Of a stretch of DNA of 12,665 bases, positions 1 to 7,602 are shown piece after piece. How positions within the stretch are numbered: position 1 is the stretch's first letter; every line of letters begins with the position of its first letter. The notes under the pieces were generated by a model. That model ran no database searches, had not been told where the DNA came from, and was given only the letters and a program-made list of their open reading frames with translations. Where the stretch lies: contig CAXBPH010000205.1 in assembly GCA_963977445.1 (NCBI GenBank), positions 1-12,665 on the forward strand. The letters are read 5' to 3'. The position numbers and the translations under genes were made by a program. The stretch is from an uncultured bacterium (lineage in GTDB: Bacteria > Hydrogenedentota > Hydrogenedentia > Hydrogenedentales > JAEUWI01).

Positions 1-234
1 TGTCGGGCAAGTATGCCCAACCCCCTGTTGGGCCCCATGGGTAGGTTGCAGACATTAAACAGGGTCGGGCAATCACAATTTCACGACACCGCCTTTGTAA
101 GGCTCCACCACACGCACCATGCCCGCGCCTTTCAACCACAGGCCCATCCTGTCGGGGGCATAAGCCAACAGGGGGATAGGCATTCCTGCACACCTCCGGC
201 GCGTCTCTGACCTGTCACAAAGCAAACGACGGAC
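1..234 (+). repeat. Direct repeat family 1, copy 1 (probably truncated by window start)
   Basis: 1-234 matches 375-608 base for base (offset 374). The copies diverge after ...AAACGACGGAC. ORFs 13..210 and 387..584 translate identically. Confidence 0.97.
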
Positions 235-351
235 ACGAAGTAAACGCCAAGTCACTTTCCGCCGACCACCGGTCGAACATAGATTTCAGGGAGAACACCC
301 GCGCCACAAGAGACCATTAAAAACCCACCACAGCGCTCCCCCCCCGTGTGC

Positions 352-584
352 CTCGACTACGATCGCGCCCTTTATGTCGGGCAAGTATGCCCAACCCCCT
401 GTTGGGCCCCATGGGTAGGTTGCAGACATTAAACAGGGTCGGGCAATCACAATTTCACGACACCGCCTTTGTAAGGCTCCACCACACGCACCATGCCCGC
501 GCCTTTCAACCACAGGCCCATCCTGTCGGGGGCATAAGCCAACAGGGGGATAGGCATTCCTGCACACCTCCGGCGCGTCTCTGA
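352..584 (+). pseudogene. Possible eroded RAYT/IS200-like HUH transposase remnant
   Basis: Reads LDYDRALYVGQV-(frameshift)-MPNP...LNRVGQSQFHDTA...AHPV. This resembles the ordered RAYT motifs LYAWVVMPNH / NRxGxxWQxxFHDH / NPV. FHD-to-HPV spacing is 22 codons, near the usual ~21. Motif resemblance only. Confidence 0.4.
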
Positions 585-608
585 CCTGTCACAAAGCAAA
601 CGACGGAC
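375..608 (+). repeat. Direct repeat family 1, copy 2
   Basis: Identical to 1-234. Contains a 21/25 imperfect inverted repeat (381-405 vs 539-563; 7-31 vs 165-189 in copy 1). Confidence 0.97.
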
Positions 609-712
609 TGGGCATAACCGAAAAGTCTTTTAAAGCGCCACGGCTCAAACTGCGGTCGCCGCGCACCGGTGTCGACGCAGATACAACGATGATGCCTACT
701 ACTTGGTTATGT

Positions 713-741
713 TTCATAAGTTCTGCAAAAAAGGACATAAT
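713..741 (+). promoter_or_regulatory. Putative sigma70-type promoter for the GAF gene
   Basis: TTCATA(713-718)-N17-CATAAT(736-741) in an AT-rich patch ~50 nt upstream of ATG 794. Confidence 0.35.
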
Positions 742-793
742 GTTTCTGGTGAACAAAAATCAGGGCGACAGGCCCAAGGAAGGATTTTACCTC

Positions 794-1255
794 ATGAGCA
801 AAGATTCTATCGTCGCCCAGGTGGATGCCCTGATCGCAAGTGGCGGCACGGTTCAGTCCTGCCTGGCACTGATTGTTGGGCATTTCGACGCGCAGACGGG
901 GACGATTCACCGTCTCGACGACACGGACGGACGGCTGAAACTCATCGCCCATATTGGCATACCGGAAGTCATCATGGACAAAGTCACCGATATCCCCGTG
1001 GGCAAAGGCATTGCCGGGGCTGCGGCTTCGGAACGACGGCCGATCACGATTTGCAACATTAAGACCGACACCTCGGGCGTGGTTGGGGCGAAAGCACCCC
1101 TCACCGGCATGGAAGGTGCCATTGCCGTACCCATGATTCAGGAGGAGCACCTCCATGGTACGCTTGGCGTGGGCAAACGCACGGAATATACCTGGAGTGA
1201 ATCCGAAACCAGCCAGCTCGAAGAAGTGGCTACCCTTTTATGTGCACGCGTGTGA
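794..1255 (+). CDS. Stand-alone GAF domain protein (153 aa)
   Basis: GAF-typical segments GTIHRLD..LKLIAHIG, IPVGKGIAGAAASERRPITI, AIAVPM..HGTLGV and a C-terminal helix. Start 794 is preferred over 689 because AAGGAAGGA lies just upstream and the extension is AT-rich and promoter-like. Confidence 0.88.
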   Translation: MSKDSIVAQVDALIASGGTVQSCLALIVGHFDAQTGTIHRLDDTDGRLKLIAHIGIPEVIMDKVTDIPVGKGIAGAAASERRPITICNIKTDTSGVVGAKAPLTGMEGAIAVPMIQEEHLHGTLGVGKRTEYTWSESETSQLEEVATLLCARV

Positions 1256-1269
1256 ATGATGGCCAATAG

Positions 1270-1378
1270 GCCCGCAAAATCCGGGACGCCATGCGCTGCG
1301 TATTCAGCGCCGGTATCACCACCACCGACCCCCGCGCCCCCGAAGGCAAACGCACCATCATCATGACCAGCGAGGTTT
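1270..1378 (+). pseudogene. Possible C-terminal fragment of an isocitrate/isopropylmalate dehydrogenase family gene
   Basis: After an in-frame TAG (1267-1269) it reads ARKIRDAMRCVFSAGITTTDPRAPEGKRTIIMTSEV. This resembles the family C-terminus (A..I..A...V...G..T.DL......TSE), and the codons are mostly C-ending as in real genes here. Confidence 0.35.
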
Positions 1379-1507
1379 TGCGTAGCGGTGTGTGCCTTGC
1401 TTTTGGCCAAACTCGTCCCCGGGGTATTGAGCCTCGAATGGTTTTGGTATGCCATCGTGGGCGGTGTGTCGTACGTATATCTGATGGCATTTATGTTCAA
1501 ACGCTAA
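1373..1507 (+). pseudogene. 5'-truncated paralog of the downstream small membrane protein gene
   Basis: Not in the ORF track. Reads RFCVAVCALLLAKLVPGVLSLEWFWYAIVGGVSYVYLMAFMFKR*, which aligns without gaps to KICLFAFALLIAKIWPTVLTLDWYWYGIIFGLSYAWLVSRILTK of 1577..1786. In-frame TGA at 1364-1366, and about 22 N-terminal residues are missing. Confidence 0.8.
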
Positions 1508-1576
1508 GTGAAAGCTGGTTTGCACTAGACAAAGGGCAACGATAGGTGAAACGGTTACAAAACGAAGGAGATTACA

Positions 1577-1786
1577 ATGAGTTTAATTACATGGGCAGAT
1601 TCGAGAATCAAGACATTCACAATCTTCGACTTCGGAATACTTAAGATTTGTCTCTTTGCATTCGCGTTGCTGATTGCAAAGATTTGGCCAACGGTACTGA
1701 CCCTGGACTGGTACTGGTACGGAATAATTTTTGGGCTCTCTTACGCGTGGCTGGTATCGCGGATACTCACGAAACGCCGCGCCTGA
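1577..1786 (+). CDS. Small two-TM membrane protein of unknown function (69 aa)
   Basis: AAGGAG RBS 6 nt upstream of ATG. Two hydrophobic segments, an L.LDWYWY motif shared with the upstream paralog, and a basic tail. Confidence 0.85.
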   Translation: MSLITWADSRIKTFTIFDFGILKICLFAFALLIAKIWPTVLTLDWYWYGIIFGLSYAWLVSRILTKRRA

Positions 1787-1935
1787 GAAGTACCCGGAAG
1801 CTACGGAATCGAAGAGCTCCTAACGAAAGTATACGGTTGATTAGATAGAGGGTCGCACCTTCGCAGGTATTCCTTTGAGGTCGCTCAGAGGAACTGTCTG
1901 GAGAATTTGGCCCCCTTGGGCCTTTCTGGTGTCTT

Positions 1936-2179
1936 TCCCAAACAACAGGACATCCACGGATGTTCACGGGGCCTCCCCCATACACAATCACCAAGCTGAC
2001 TCAAAGGCGATTGCCCCTTCACCACGTCGCGTATCCGAGTCTGTCCCAAAGGGACTGTTACGCCCCCAGGTTGGACGGAAGCAAGGCCCACAGTCCGGCT
2101 GTTCGTAGCCCACTCGAACGAGCGAACAGGTCGACAACGGGCGGGCCTGTCCCGGCGTTGGCGGAGTCTGCGTCGGACA
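1936..2179 (+). repeat. Dispersed repeat family 2, copy A (probable RAYT-derived remnant)
   Basis: Collinear with 7235-7477. Conserved blocks: 1936-1963 (28/28), 2015-2084 (65/70) and 2119-2179 (52/61), separated by divergent linkers of near-equal length with one net 1-nt indel. Confidence 0.93.
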
Positions 2180-2366
2180 AAATTTCATGTCGCGGCGTAA
2201 GGGGCTTGCTGCGCTCCCAAATTTTCATCCCGGCAGCCGACGCGAAATCTTAATCCTCTGGATTGAGGTATACTGAGCCCACGAGAGCGACCCGTGCTGC
2301 ACCGGATTCCCGCAGCATTGGAGGGCAATACAGGGTACCTTACAGGGCCCGGCACGCGGAGATTTC

Positions 2367-4052
2367 ATGAAGATTTTTACTGCCATGCTTTATTTTTATA
2401 TGGGCAATCGCACGAGCCAGCGGAATCTGGTGGCGTTGGCGCGGTTTGTCGTGGTGTTGGCCGTGTTGGTGGGCCTGTTTAGTGTCGCCTTTCATGTGCT
2501 CATGCTTCGAGAAGGCCAGGAATTCAGCTGGACCACGGGGATTTATTGGACGCTGACGGTCATGTCGACGTTGGGCTTCGGGGATATTACCTTTCACACC
2601 GATCTCGGGCGCGCCTTTTCCATTCTGGTGTTAATGACAGGCCTTGTATTTCTGCTCATCCTCCTGCCCTTCACCTTTATTGAGTTTTTCTACCAGCCCT
2701 GGATGGAAGCCCAGAAAGCGGCCCGTGTTCCTACCCAGCTTCCGGAAGATATGCAGGGTCACGTATTGCTGACCAACTACGGGCCTATCGAGCGCGTTTT
2801 AATCCAGCGACTGGACCAGTATGACTATAGCTACGCGGTGCTGACGTCCGATCCGGAGGCGGCGCAATTGTTGCATGGGGAAGGCGTACAGGTCATCGTG
2901 GGGCCTCTGGACAACCCGGAGACCTATGAAAATGCCCGGGCAGGTCAGGCCGCACTTATCGCGACGACCGGTGACGAGATACGCAACACAAGTATTGCGG
3001 TCGCCGTTCGGGCCGTATCGGAATCGGTCCCCATTGTCGCACTCGCGCGGCGCTCCTCCGCCGTTGGTGTGCTGAAGGTCGCTGGCTGCACCCGGGTGCT
3101 GGAGCTTGGCGAGATGATGGGCCGGGCCCTTGCGCGGCGTGCAAATGGCGGGCCAACCGTTTCCCATGTGGTGGGCAGCTTTGGCGACCTGCAGATTGCG
3201 GAAGCCAACGCGGCGGAGACCCCTTTCGTCGGAAAGACACTCGTCGAGAGTGAAATTCGCAATCTCACAAAGATAAACGTGGTAGGCATCTGGGAGCGGG
3301 GCACCTTTGAAGTCGCCAGGCCGGACACCCGGGTCGACCACAACGACGTCTTGCTGCTGGCCGGTTCGCAGCAGCAACTGGATAGCTTTGAAAGCCTTTG
3401 CGAGCGCACACCACGTAGTGCGGAGTTCGCTATTATCGTTGGGGGAGGCCGTGTGGGCCGTGCGGTGGGCACGCTGCTGGACGAAATGGGGATGAAATGG
3501 AAATTGGTCGAATCGGATAGTGCCCGGGTCCGGCACGGGGAGAACTATGTCTACGGGGACGCCACCGAACCCAAAGTATTGCTCGAAGCAGGGCTGGTTG
3601 AAGCGTCCACCATCATCATCACAACGCGCGATGACGACGTCAACATTTACCTGGCTATTTTCTGCCGAAAAGCGCGGCCTGACGTCCAGATTATTTGCAG
3701 GAGTTCCATCGACCAAAACGTAGCCACGATGCATCGCGTCGGGTGCAATTTTGTTCTGTCTTATTCCTCCATGGGCGCAAACGCGATTTTCAATCTGCTC
3801 AAGCGCAGTGACGTGCTGATGGTGGCCGAGGGGCTTGATGTGTTTCGAATGCCCCTCCCAGAATCCCTGGCCGGCCGCACCCTCGCGGAATCCGATATAC
3901 GGCAGATGACCGGGTGTAACGTCATCGGTTTGGGACGAAACGGCATCTTGAGCATCAACCCCGACCCCACGACGGTCCTCTCCTCGGGGATGGAAATTGT
4001 CGTCATCGGGACGGTTGAAGCGGAGAACAAATTCCTGCAGAAGTTTTCCTGA
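2367..4052 (+). CDS. Potassium channel protein, 2-TM pore plus tandem RCK (TrkA-N/TrkA-C x2) domains
   Basis: TM helix, then YWTLTVMSTLGFGDI (pore helix and K+ filter TxGFGD), then TM helix. This is followed by RCK_N, RCK_C (PFVGKTLVESEIR), a second RCK_N (IVGGGRVG, GDAT) and a second RCK_C (LAGRTLAESDIR..NPDP). Confidence 0.93.
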   Translation: MKIFTAMLYFYMGNRTSQRNLVALARFVVVLAVLVGLFSVAFHVLMLREGQEFSWTTGIYWTLTVMSTLGFGDITFHTDLGRAFSILVLMTGLVFLLILLPFTFIEFFYQPWMEAQKAARVPTQLPEDMQGHVLLTNYGPIERVLIQRLDQYDYSYAVLTSDPEAAQLLHGEGVQVIVGPLDNPETYENARAGQAALIATTGDEIRNTSIAVAVRAVSESVPIVALARRSSAVGVLKVAGCTRVLELGEMMGRALARRANGGPTVSHVVGSFGDLQIAEANAAETPFVGKTLVESEIRNLTKINVVGIWERGTFEVARPDTRVDHNDVLLLAGSQQQLDSFESLCERTPRSAEFAIIVGGGRVGRAVGTLLDEMGMKWKLVESDSARVRHGENYVYGDATEPKVLLEAGLVEASTIIITTRDDDVNIYLAIFCRKARPDVQIICRSSIDQNVATMHRVGCNFVLSYSSMGANAIFNLLKRSDVLMVAEGLDVFRMPLPESLAGRTLAESDIRQMTGCNVIGLGRNGILSINPDPTTVLSSGMEIVVIGTVEAENKFLQKFS

Positions 4053-4223
4053 CCGAATCGGTCTTGGTGACAATAGTGCAGAGACGTTTCCGCCGTAGCG
4101 GGAACACTTCCTGAAGTCTGATGAGGAGACCCCGTCGATTGGCGCGCTCCCCTTCCCACTGCTACAATGCACCGAGGCCATTACTGGCTTTTTTTCATTT
4201 GGAAACTCCTGGAAGAGGAATTT

Positions 4224-7067
4224 ATGCGCACCCTCCTATTCTGCTCGCTTACCCTTTGTCTTGCCACCCTGGCCCAAGAGCCACCACAAAGCCCCAAGGA
4301 GGCCGACTGGAAATTTGTCGACGTGTTGTCGGCACCCATGACGTGGCACCCCCACTGGACGCGCAGCACGGTCTCCAACGGTGAAGTGAGCCTTCAGGGG
4401 GGCGTCGAGATAGACGCGCGTTTTCCCGATGAAGCGGGCACCCTCGAAACGGCCTACGAAGACCTGGGCAATTTCTTTGGGGCCGTTGGCATCCCCACGG
4501 ACGGCCCTTTCCGGATAATCACGGAACGGGTCCCCACTCTCGGGACCGAAGCATTCACCCTCGTGGTCTCCGAAAATGAATGTCGCATTCAGGCAAACGA
4601 CACGGAAGGTATACGGCGGGCCATCTACTTCCTCGAAGACGAGCTCCTCCGTGCGGACGGCCCTTTCCTGAGTATCGGAGAGACCCAGCGCTCGCCCTTC
4701 ATCAAAACGCGCATTTCCCGGTGTTTCTTTGGCCCCATCAAACGTCCGCCCATGAACCGCGATGAACTGCTCGACACGGTGGACTACTACCCCAACGAAT
4801 ACCTCAACCGCCTGGCCCATGACGGGGTGAATGCCCTATGGTTGACCGTTGAATTCAAGGATATTTGTAAGAACTCCCTAATTCCCAACGCAAGTCCCGA
4901 CCGAGACCGGCGTTTGGAAAAGCTCCGGAAAACCGTAGCGAAATGTCGGCGCTATGGCATCGAAGTTTTCCTCTTCACCATGGAACCCTACTTCATGCCG
5001 TCCGGCCATCCCCTCTTGCTGGTATACCCGGAGATTGGCGGGGCTACGCGCGGAAAATCCGACAAGTTGTTTTGCCCCTTTTCCGAAGCGGCCCAGACCT
5101 ATCTTCAAAGTTCGCTCCATAGCATCTTCTCGGTGGTCCCCGATCTTGGCGGACTCATCAACATCAGTTACGGCGAAGTCCCGACCATCTGCCTCAGCTC
5201 GGCCGATGACGACTGGAATATCGATTGTCCCACCTGCACCAACAAAGAACCCTGGGAGATTCATAATGCTTCCGTGTCGGCCATGGAGCGGGGCATGCAC
5301 GAAGCCGCCCCAGACGCGAAATTCATCTCGTGGCTCTACACCGATCCCCGTCCCGGCCCGGGCTTCCAACCGCTTCTCGATATCGCTCGCAAGGCGCCGC
5401 CTGGTGTCATTGTCCAGTACAACTTCGAATCCGGCGGCAGCAAGATGCAACTTGGTAAAGCGCGTCGTGCGAACGATTACTGGCTCTCCTATGTCGGTCC
5501 AAGCGACGCCTTCAGGACCATCGCGAACACCTTGCGGGACGAATCCGTCGAATTGTCCGCCAAGACCCAGACTTCAAATTCGCATGAGGTCGCGTCGGTG
5601 CCTTTCATCCCCGTTCCGGGCCAGCTTTACGGAAAATACAGCGCCATGCGCGACCTGGGGGTGAACACCGTCATGCAATGCTGGTATTTCGGAAACCTGC
5701 CCTCCATGATGAACCGTGCTGCCTCCAGCGCCCTGCCCTTTTCCCCCGAAGGCATAACTGAGGACGAATTCCTTCAAAACCTTGCGCGCCGTGACTGGGC
5801 GGCGGAAGATGTGCCAAAAGTTGTGGAGGCATGGCGTCTCTTTGCCACGGCCTACGACAACTATCCCCTGAGCAACGCCTTTCAGTTCTACGGCCCCATG
5901 ACCGATGGCCTCGTGTGGCCCCTTCACCTCAAGCCCGTCCAACTCCCCCTCGGGCCCACGTGGCGAACGGACTATCCCATTTCCGCCGACCGTATTGGTG
6001 AGAGTTTCTCGGAAACCCACACCTATCCCGAAGTGCTCCAACTCTGTGGCGACCTTTCCGACACCTGGAATCGTGGCGTTGCAATCCTCGACGCCCTCCA
6101 ATCAAAATACGCGGACGAAAAGGACCGCCAGACCGACATTTCCGTGTCCCAGGCCCTGGGCATCCAGTTTCGTTCGGGCTACAACATCCTTCGTTTCTAC
6201 AATCTCCGGGAACAACTCCTCTACGGCCCCGCCGAAAGGAGAGCAGAGACCCTCCAGGAGTTGCGCACCATCGTAGAGGAGGAAATCAAAAACGACCGCG
6301 ATATGGCGGCGCTGTGCGAGGGGAACCCCTTCCTCGGCTTTCACTCCGAAGCGGAAGACTACAAATATTTCCCCGCGAAGCTTCAATGGCGCGCCGAACT
6401 CCTGGGCACTCTCCTCGACACCGATTTTGCCGAAGCGGAAAGCGCGGTGGCCGCTGGCGAGATGGTTTTCCCGGTAGAGGCGGGCATGGCGGACGAAACA
6501 CTCACCTACACCTGTCCGCCCGCCCCCGAGTCTTTTGCCACCACCTGGCGCACCGATGCTCCGTGGCAAGCCTTGTCGGCGTATGCTTCCCTCACGCCCG
6601 GCGAGCCGACCGTCACCTGGCGGGCAGTGCACGACGCCGACGCGATCTATGTCAACATCCAGTGTGCCCTACAGGAAGACGCGCCCCTCCTGACCGCCGC
6701 AGTCCATCTGCAGTCCGCCCACATTTACCCCCGGCGCACCTTCGAGCTCAGCGATAAGGGCACCCCCAACACCCAGCTCAGCTGGCAGGTCGTTAGCGAT
6801 CAATGGGACGCCGTGACGTCGACTACCAGCGGATTCCGAAATTTCCGATTCCGCATTCCCTTCGATGTATTCAATGAGGAGTTCGATGCCGTCACCTATC
6901 CATCGCGCCCCATGCGTATCAACGTACAGATCCAGTCGACGCCCGTGGGAACCCCCACGCTCAACATCCAGACATGGGCTCCCCACTCGGACAACCCACC
7001 CCGCTACCGCCTTGGATTCGGTGCGGAAGATCCGGCAGAAATGGGCTGGCTGCGGCTCGCACCCTGA
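4224..7067 (+). CDS. Large secreted protein (947 aa), putative glycoside hydrolase-like
   Basis: GAGGAA RBS before ATG 4224 and a signal-peptide-like N-terminus (MRTLLFCSLTLCLATLAQ). EAFTLVVSENECRIQANDTEGIRRAIYFL resembles GH20/GH67-type accessory domain 2. A barrel-like centre follows, and the C-terminal beta-rich region (WRAVHDADAIYVNI) is CBM9/DOMON-like. The CDS is secure; the function is tentative. Confidence 0.8.
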   Translation: MRTLLFCSLTLCLATLAQEPPQSPKEADWKFVDVLSAPMTWHPHWTRSTVSNGEVSLQGGVEIDARFPDEAGTLETAYEDLGNFFGAVGIPTDGPFRIITERVPTLGTEAFTLVVSENECRIQANDTEGIRRAIYFLEDELLRADGPFLSIGETQRSPFIKTRISRCFFGPIKRPPMNRDELLDTVDYYPNEYLNRLAHDGVNALWLTVEFKDICKNSLIPNASPDRDRRLEKLRKTVAKCRRYGIEVFLFTMEPYFMPSGHPLLLVYPEIGGATRGKSDKLFCPFSEAAQTYLQSSLHSIFSVVPDLGGLINISYGEVPTICLSSADDDWNIDCPTCTNKEPWEIHNASVSAMERGMHEAAPDAKFISWLYTDPRPGPGFQPLLDIARKAPPGVIVQYNFESGGSKMQLGKARRANDYWLSYVGPSDAFRTIANTLRDESVELSAKTQTSNSHEVASVPFIPVPGQLYGKYSAMRDLGVNTVMQCWYFGNLPSMMNRAASSALPFSPEGITEDEFLQNLARRDWAAEDVPKVVEAWRLFATAYDNYPLSNAFQFYGPMTDGLVWPLHLKPVQLPLGPTWRTDYPISADRIGESFSETHTYPEVLQLCGDLSDTWNRGVAILDALQSKYADEKDRQTDISVSQALGIQFRSGYNILRFYNLREQLLYGPAERRAETLQELRTIVEEEIKNDRDMAALCEGNPFLGFHSEAEDYKYFPAKLQWRAELLGTLLDTDFAEAESAVAAGEMVFPVEAGMADETLTYTCPPAPESFATTWRTDAPWQALSAYASLTPGEPTVTWRAVHDADAIYVNIQCALQEDAPLLTAAVHLQSAHIYPRRTFELSDKGTPNTQLSWQVVSDQWDAVTSTTSGFRNFRFRIPFDVFNEEFDAVTYPSRPMRINVQIQSTPVGTPTLNIQTWAPHSDNPPRYRLGFGAEDPAEMGWLRLAP

Positions 7068-7234
7068 CCAGGCAACGACAACGCAGGGAATACAAGCTCC
7101 ATCAGTTCCGTCTAGAGATTTGCGTCGCCGTATAAATCGGGCTCTCTCATCCACAGGTGATAGATATTCCTGCCGCTTTGAATGGCGGTGGATATCGCGG
7201 GTGCGGAGAGGCTGTGTATGGACCCCGGCGCGCC

Positions 7235-7477
7235 TCCCAAACAACAGGACATCCACGGATGTCATCGTTGTCTTCGCCCTCGCTTATTCACCGCGCCAAT
7301 TGGCAGGCGCTAACCCTTCACAACGTCGCGTATCCGAGTCTGTCCCAGAGGGACTGTTACGCCCCCATGTCGGACGGATGCAACGTGCACACGCTGTCGC
7401 ACGAACATCACCTGCGCGAGCGAATAGATCAACAACGGGCGGGCCTGTCCTGTCGTTGGCGAAGTCCACGTCGGGCA
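7235..7477 (+). repeat. Dispersed repeat family 2, copy B (probable RAYT-derived remnant)
   Basis: Homologous to 1936-2179 (offset 5299, then 5298). Lies between convergent genes. Confidence 0.93.
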
Positions 7478-7602
7478 GCTTTCAATATCGACGGGTGATG
7501 AGCCCAACGGCCCCCAGCAACAAACACCGCCAGCCACCCGCGAGAGAGCAGATCGGGCAGCCGGCGGGCTTGGAGAGAGCTTCGTTGCGGGTAATCCAGC
7601 GC

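Noticed and set aside
1..608. CRISPR array, or real 65/78-aa proteins in the repeat
   Set aside because: The unit is far longer than CRISPR repeats, there is no spacer series and no cas genes. The ORFs lack an RBS and protein-like composition.
2190..2366. c-di-AMP (ydaO) or other riboswitch ahead of the K+ channel
   Set aside because: No recognisable consensus. Only a short hairpin (2250-2268) and a TATACT (2269-2274) without a good -35.
4118..4125. CTGATGAG as a hammerhead ribozyme core or fluoride riboswitch 3' part
   Set aside because: No suitably placed GAAA with stems II and III, and no GGnGATGGnGTTCnCC 5' element.
2799..4181. 460-aa minus-strand ORF and similar long antisense ORFs within the large genes
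   Set aside because: Antisense shadows of well-supported high-GC genes, with no recognisable motifs.
7236..7469. Minus-strand reading VVDLFARAG ... VDVLLFG in family 2, resembling C5 DNA methyltransferase motifs I and IV
   Set aside because: Lacks FxGxGG and the catalytic PC, has an in-frame stop, and copy A reads VVDLFARSS with a frameshift. The + strand RAYT reading explains more ordered motifs. Three synonymous-looking changes (2127, 2130, 2133) fit both strands, so it is not fully excluded.
1936..7477. Family-2 copies as ends of a composite transposon, or as a DGR template/variable repeat pair
   Set aside because: The copies are diverged and lack a transposase or target duplication. Mismatches are not adenine-specific, neither copy is in a CDS, and there is no reverse transcriptase.
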